This document shows, piece by piece, positions 58,836-64,000 of a stretch of DNA of 64,000 nucleotides (the stretch's first letter is position 1; every line of letters begins with the position of its first letter). The position numbers were made by a program, and so were the translations under genes. Under the pieces are notes generated by a model. The model saw nothing but the letters and a program-made list of their open reading frames with translations. It was not told the DNA's origin and did not search any database. This stretch comes from Lytechinus pictus (taxonomy: Eukaryota), in contig NC_087249.1 in assembly GCF_037042905.1 (NCBI RefSeq), positions 8,992,001-9,056,000 on the forward strand, written 5' to 3'.

Positions 58836-60902
58836 ATGGGGGCCTTCTGTATCGGTTCATAGGGTCACCATAGATCACTTCTTGGATCACTTCGAGAGTT
58901 CAGTACTGCTAGACCAGTGTATTGGATCGTCTTGAAAAGTGGCTTTCAACAGGGTCTTTTTGCTGATGATCATATGAAACATTAAATATCCTGATTGATA
59001 CCCTTTATGCAATAAAATCATGAGCTGGAAAATACTGCGATTCTACAGGGAAGGAATCGGATGTGTCAGTTCTCTTTGCACTTGTTCTGGTGGCGCCCAT
59101 TGCATTTTAACCTACCGTAAGATAGGCAGTCTATTCAGAGCTTTGATCTGATCAATGAAGACGTGATTTCTGTGAATTGTCTTTTTGCAGGAATTCTGCT
59201 CAGCCTCTTTCACTGCGGCTTCCTCAGATTTCCAATTGCTTTGTCAATGCTGAAGTGGGAAGATATACGGAGAGAAAAGACACTGAGGAGGATTCCAGCA
59301 GGAAGACACGACACAAATTTCTGTCTTGTGTTAATGTTTTACAGTCATGCATACAGGGGTGTGAGAGTTTAGATTTTTAGCCGATTTAAGATTTTTTTTG
59401 TTTTGTAATTCACCTATAGCTTATTTTTGGCTTTTCTCTGTACAAAAAATATTTCTGAATTTTTCAACACTCTAGCTTATTTTCAGATCTTTTTATTTGT
59501 GACCACTCACACCCCTGTGTGTAGGCCCCTATGTGCTGCAGTGTGGTTCATTTTATCTAATGAATCATACCTGCTCCCGTTTAGGGTTAGAATGAAGATG
59601 GGGGGGGGGGGTTCATTTGCACACAGTATTATTCAAATTCTGATTTGAAAATCAATTTTGGTTAACCACAATCATTGGCGGGGTAAACAAGTACCTGCAG
59701 TCAGCGATCCGAGCTCGCTGAATGTACACATCAGCGATCAGCTGATTGAAGATCACAGACATTGAAATGGACGTTTGTGATCACGTGCTTGCTTTTGCAT
59801 TTTTGCACGGTATGATGGGATATGTGATGGCATTCAGACCATGATTTTTGTCATCATACTTTATTTTATTTACTTGACCCAACCAACCAACATCATACAA
59901 ATCATGAATATCTTTTGGTACACTCCTGTGCTTCTTTCGATCATGATTAGAGTCAAGAGCAAATGTATATTATGACCTTATAGGATGCGTACAGCACCTT
60001 GGATATTTTTTTGTCATGATTCAAATTATCAAACTGTGATTTCTTGTGTGTGAATGACCCCCCTTCTCCCTGCATTATGGTCCTGTTATTACCCTATTCA
60101 TAAATTCCCCCCACCATGTGTGGTGTCTTATAGTTATTATGATGTAAAGCAAACTTAGTTTCTTTGTAGGTCGCGCATGGATGGCAAGTATGGAAATAAC
60201 GAGCATGTTTCTTTCTCGATGTTTCTTTTGATTGTATCTGCTGCAGTGGGGGAGAACTTTGGCTTCTATTGTTGGTTCAGAGAGTGAGTGGGGAAAATCA
60301 GCCATGCGGAACCTGCCATTACCTGAGCTGAAGCCATGTTTGCATGGCGGGAATCTTGACAATACTCCCACACCGTATCCATTGGTATTTGTTATTCCTA
60401 CATTTCATTATTTCAATTTTATTTTTTTATGGATCTATTTCTTATGTTGGGATGATGTGGTATGTGCGTTGTGTGGGGACGCTGCTAAGTGAATATTGAA
60501 CATTATCACCCGTATCAGACATCTGAGCTGGTCATTTACAAAACCGTATTTCCCTGTATTTTATTATTATCAGGAAGGGATAGGTATATTGTTTGTATTT
60601 TCCTCGGTCTCAATGTGCGTATTGACTTTGCATGCAGAGACGACGCAAAATATACCTATGTATTTTCCCTGGTCTCACATCCGGGCCTTTGAGGATGCGA
60701 ATGAAGTGATACGCTTCATAATGTTCCGCGCACCAACGATCTACGTCATAATAAAGACAACGCTGGATCTGGGCGCTTGCAAGTACGTCATAATGGTAAA
60801 GTGCAGAGCCTAGACACTGATATTATCATGACACAACAGAACTCTATTCTTAAAAGATATCACTGTTATCATGATTTTTGCTCTAGATATCTGATTTGGA
60901 TG

Positions 60903-61055
60903 ATAATAAAAATATTGACTGCCCTTCTTTCGGGGAACATCAAATATATTGCCCTTAAAAGACCCATATTGCCCTCGTCTAAAGACTCGGGCCAATATGA
61001 TTCTTTTGCTGGCAATATATTTGATGTTCCCCTCAAGACCAGTCAATATTATATA
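60903..61055. mobile_element. Short foldback MITE
   Basis: AATATTGACTG...GGGGAACATCAAATATATTGCC / GGCAATATATTTGATGTTCCCC...CAGTCAATATT, with an inner GCCC..GTC..GAC..GGGC hairpin. Confidence 0.8.
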
Positions 61056-61086
61056 AATATCCCTGCTCTTTGTCTGTTATTGCAAA

Positions 61087-61192
61087 TGTTTTCTTTTGTG
61101 AATAATTATTCAAAAGCTGTTTTCAAAGTCAGCACTTCTGCTGTATCGAACCGCGTAATGCATGCAAGACTGCCAGAGGCATTCCACTTGTT
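61087..61192 (+). mobile_element. 3' fragment of the HINE family seen at 34031-38634
   Basis: Closely similar to ~38530-38634, ending GACTGCCAGAGGCATTCCACTTGTT. Confidence 0.8.
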
Positions 61193-63438
61193 TATTTATT
61201 TTTTTTTTTAATTGTAATTTAAAAAAAAACAGGATTCAATCACTTTGAATTGAAATCTACTCTGAATTAGGAAGAATCTACTTCAATGTATGATAGAATT
61301 CAATCTGAAATTATTGGAATCCATTCTACATTAAAGTAGAATCCACTCTTAGATATTTATCATATAATCATTTAGAGTAGATTTCATGACATTTTATTTG
61401 ACTTTGTGAACAGTAAGCTGAAGCAGAAGTTTGCTGTTTGATCCAATGATTGGTCAGTTCCATATCTTCCAATCTATAGAAAAGGTATATTTTATAGCCT
61501 CTTTGCGATTTAAAAACAAAAATTGTCTGATATTTTCTTATTTCAGGTCTTATTTTTCCATTGGATCATGTCTCTGACCAGATTTTCAATTCCCCTCTTT
61601 GCATTTTGCATACTAATGCTCACTACATGTTGTTCAAAATGGTAGGGTATTGTAAAATGAATGTTCTCATTTGAAGTGTACTTGCACTGTGTAAAACAGG
61701 AAAGCGAAACTGAAATTACACTCATAATCAGCACTTGTTTGCTTAGCAAACAGCTGTAACAGAAGTCATCCTTAGAGTTATAATATACGGTAGATCTATG
61801 AAAGAGGAAAATGAACTTTCGCCCCTCGCATCATGACGCATCCAAGCTAAAATGTTCTGAAACGGAAGGGGCCCGGAGATCATTTCTGGGGAAGCATCAG
61901 AGGTGAGGGTGATCACTGACTTGAAATCGATATGAAGCCACCACGTAATGAAGTGTCTTTGGTGCCTATAAAGTGTATCTTGCAGGCTCGGACTTCCGTT
62001 TTGTTGAAACACACAATCGGGGTCTGAAATTTTAGACTACCAGAGGCAATTGGGTATCATGTACTGTAGCTTCTTCAATCTGTGCATTGGCATAGTGAGT
62101 GTTAAACATGTGCTGCCTAGACTTCTGTCAAGACTCATTTGTTAATTTAAGGATGGATGTTTATGCCTGCAAAGCACATTAGATGCAATCATTGGAAAGT
62201 GAAGAGAACATAGAAAGACAGAAGGAATTGATGAACTCTTTTTCATCCTTTTTTAATAAATATTTTTAAAGTGAGATTTAAATGAAACTAACAAACATGA
62301 GGGATGATTTTAGACAAATTTTTTCTTAGGATCCCAGTTCTGATAAGAATTGTAGCCATTTGGATATGCCTATTCAAATGGCAAAGGATTCTCCCCAACA
62401 TGTAGGTGAAGGATAATTAATTCTTGGTCATTTTTTTTTCATTAAAAGAGTGAGGGGGGAAGAAAGGCAGAGAATATGAGGAGATAGAGATTGAGGGAGA
62501 TGTCAGTGTTTTTTTTGTGTGCAGTTGTACTTATTTTACTGTAAATTAAATGCTTTGCTATGATGGCCAGCACAAAGGGCAATAATTATTTGGGGATTAC
62601 TGGACAACCATATAACTGTACTAGCACAATAGGTAGGCCTACATGTTTTGCCTTCTTAAAATTTCACCAAAGTATCGACCAGCACTAGTTGTAAAAGCAG
62701 GTAAAGAGTGTAATCTTATTAAGTCTTCCAACAAATCATGATGTATTTAAAAAAAAAAACAGAACTCACATAGCATTTGAGTGAAAACTAACTTTTTGAA
62801 TTGTTCAATTGTTGTGAAGCCCTCAGTCAGACTGTATGAAACTTTTATGAATAAGAATTTTTTTTTTTGCTTTCATACATGAAGACATTTTTCATGATTT
62901 GTTATTCAAAACATAGATTTTAAAATGTATATAATGCACAAAGTATTGTGGATTTTTTTACCTGTACATGTTTCGAAAGTATAATTCTGGGCTTAAAGAA
63001 TATCCCTTGAAGTCTAATACTTTGTTCATAGTAATCTCTTACTGGAAAGCAGTCAATTTTTTTTATTTTTGTGGGCTACTTTTTCACAAACTGCTGCCTA
63101 AATGTGAAGCAATGGCTATTAAAGCTTTTCCATTGCAGTGAATGTAGATTTCCCAGGGCTCTTTTTAGCATTTCAGGGGTAAATTACCCCGTGCCCCCTG
63201 TATTTTTCCACGAGTGAAAGTTTCCCTGTTGAACTGCTTCTTTTCCCCACCTGTGCCATTCGTACTACACATTTCACTGCTTTTCCCCCGCTTTAAGTTC
63301 AATGTGGAAGAGTTCAGTGTGAAAGGGGTATATTTTCTTTGCCAGTAAAGTTGAGTCTTGAGCTCAATGGGTATAGCGGAGAAGAATTCATTATGAAAGG
63401 GTATGAAGAGTGTAGCTGCATTGACTTCAATGTCATGT

Positions 63439-63613
63439 CTAGCTTTTTGACAAGGCCTTGCGACTTGGCTCTATTCTTCGTCAGTAGTGGCTTAGACGAG
63501 ACTAGCGGCCGACGAAGTGAATCGGCGATACCCGAGTGAGCGCGAGAGACTTAGCTCGAAATCCTCGCACTCACCCGGATTTTCGCGAATAGTCGTTTTT
63601 CAGTCGGTAGCTA
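63439..63613. repeat. Two abutting short TAG...CTA-bounded units
   Basis: TAGCTTT...GAGACTA overlaps TAGCGGCCGACGAA...TTCAGTCGGTAGCTA (imperfect TIR). Confidence 0.4.
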
Positions 63614-64000
63614 TGTGATATATTAATATCACAACAGACACAATGCCTTGTTTAAAGGCTATGTCACATCCGTCCTGGTATCAAGGAAAGTAGAATTTTT
63701 TCTCTTCCCCCTCTCTCCCTTCCTACCCCTCCCCTTGCTGTGACATTCAATGTCACTCCCTTTCCTGAAAATTCCGACCCTTGGGGCGACCTTGACTGTT
63801 ATCATGGCAACCAGTGACTCTGGAGTCCCCTAAAGGGGTGATTGATGATGTTTTGCTTGGGATCTGAAAGACATGATATTTTTACACAAGTGCAGAAGGC
63901 TTGGGAATCAGAAACGGCTTCTGTCATGTTGCCGACTTTCATGTGGTATGTTTTTTTTTTTTTAATTCGTGCCAATGGAATGGCCAGCATGATATTTAAA

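Noticed and set aside
60075..61211. Cluster of 70-140 aa ORFs
   Set aside because: No recognisable motifs; partly composed of a foldback MITE and a HINE fragment.

Overview
AT-rich eukaryotic genomic DNA, mostly intronic or intergenic. The repeat families, poly-G/C runs and GA-rich tracts resemble an invertebrate deuterostome, probably a sea urchin (inference, not verified). Only two long ORFs are convincing. The first is an intact 977-aa APE+RT ORF of a full-length Rex1/Babar-type LINE (35099-38032, -). It has a signal-peptide-like N-terminus and is the innermost member of a three-level nest (LINE within a TTAA-flanked MITE within a Helentron-associated element). The second is an extremely Asp/Glu-rich repeat ORF of about 400 aa (56670-57890, +) that shows signs of selection against stop codons. 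The rest is a dense set of non-autonomous elements: seven tRNA-derived SINEs built from two heads, one core and four tails; MITEs with TA, TTAA, ATAT, CWG, 3-bp and 8-bp target duplications; and LINE 3' fragments. There are also several candidate exons and promoters of a large host gene. The most striking unexplained signal is strong enrichment of the palindromes TACATGTA (at least 29 by hand count) and TAGGCCTA (6). Comparing paralogous MITE copies shows TA converted to TACATGTA, which matches a Tc1/mariner-type excision footprint. TAGGCCTA matches the GG..CC termini of a TA-flanked element present in this window. No bacterial features, rRNA, true tRNA genes or CRISPR arrays were seen.
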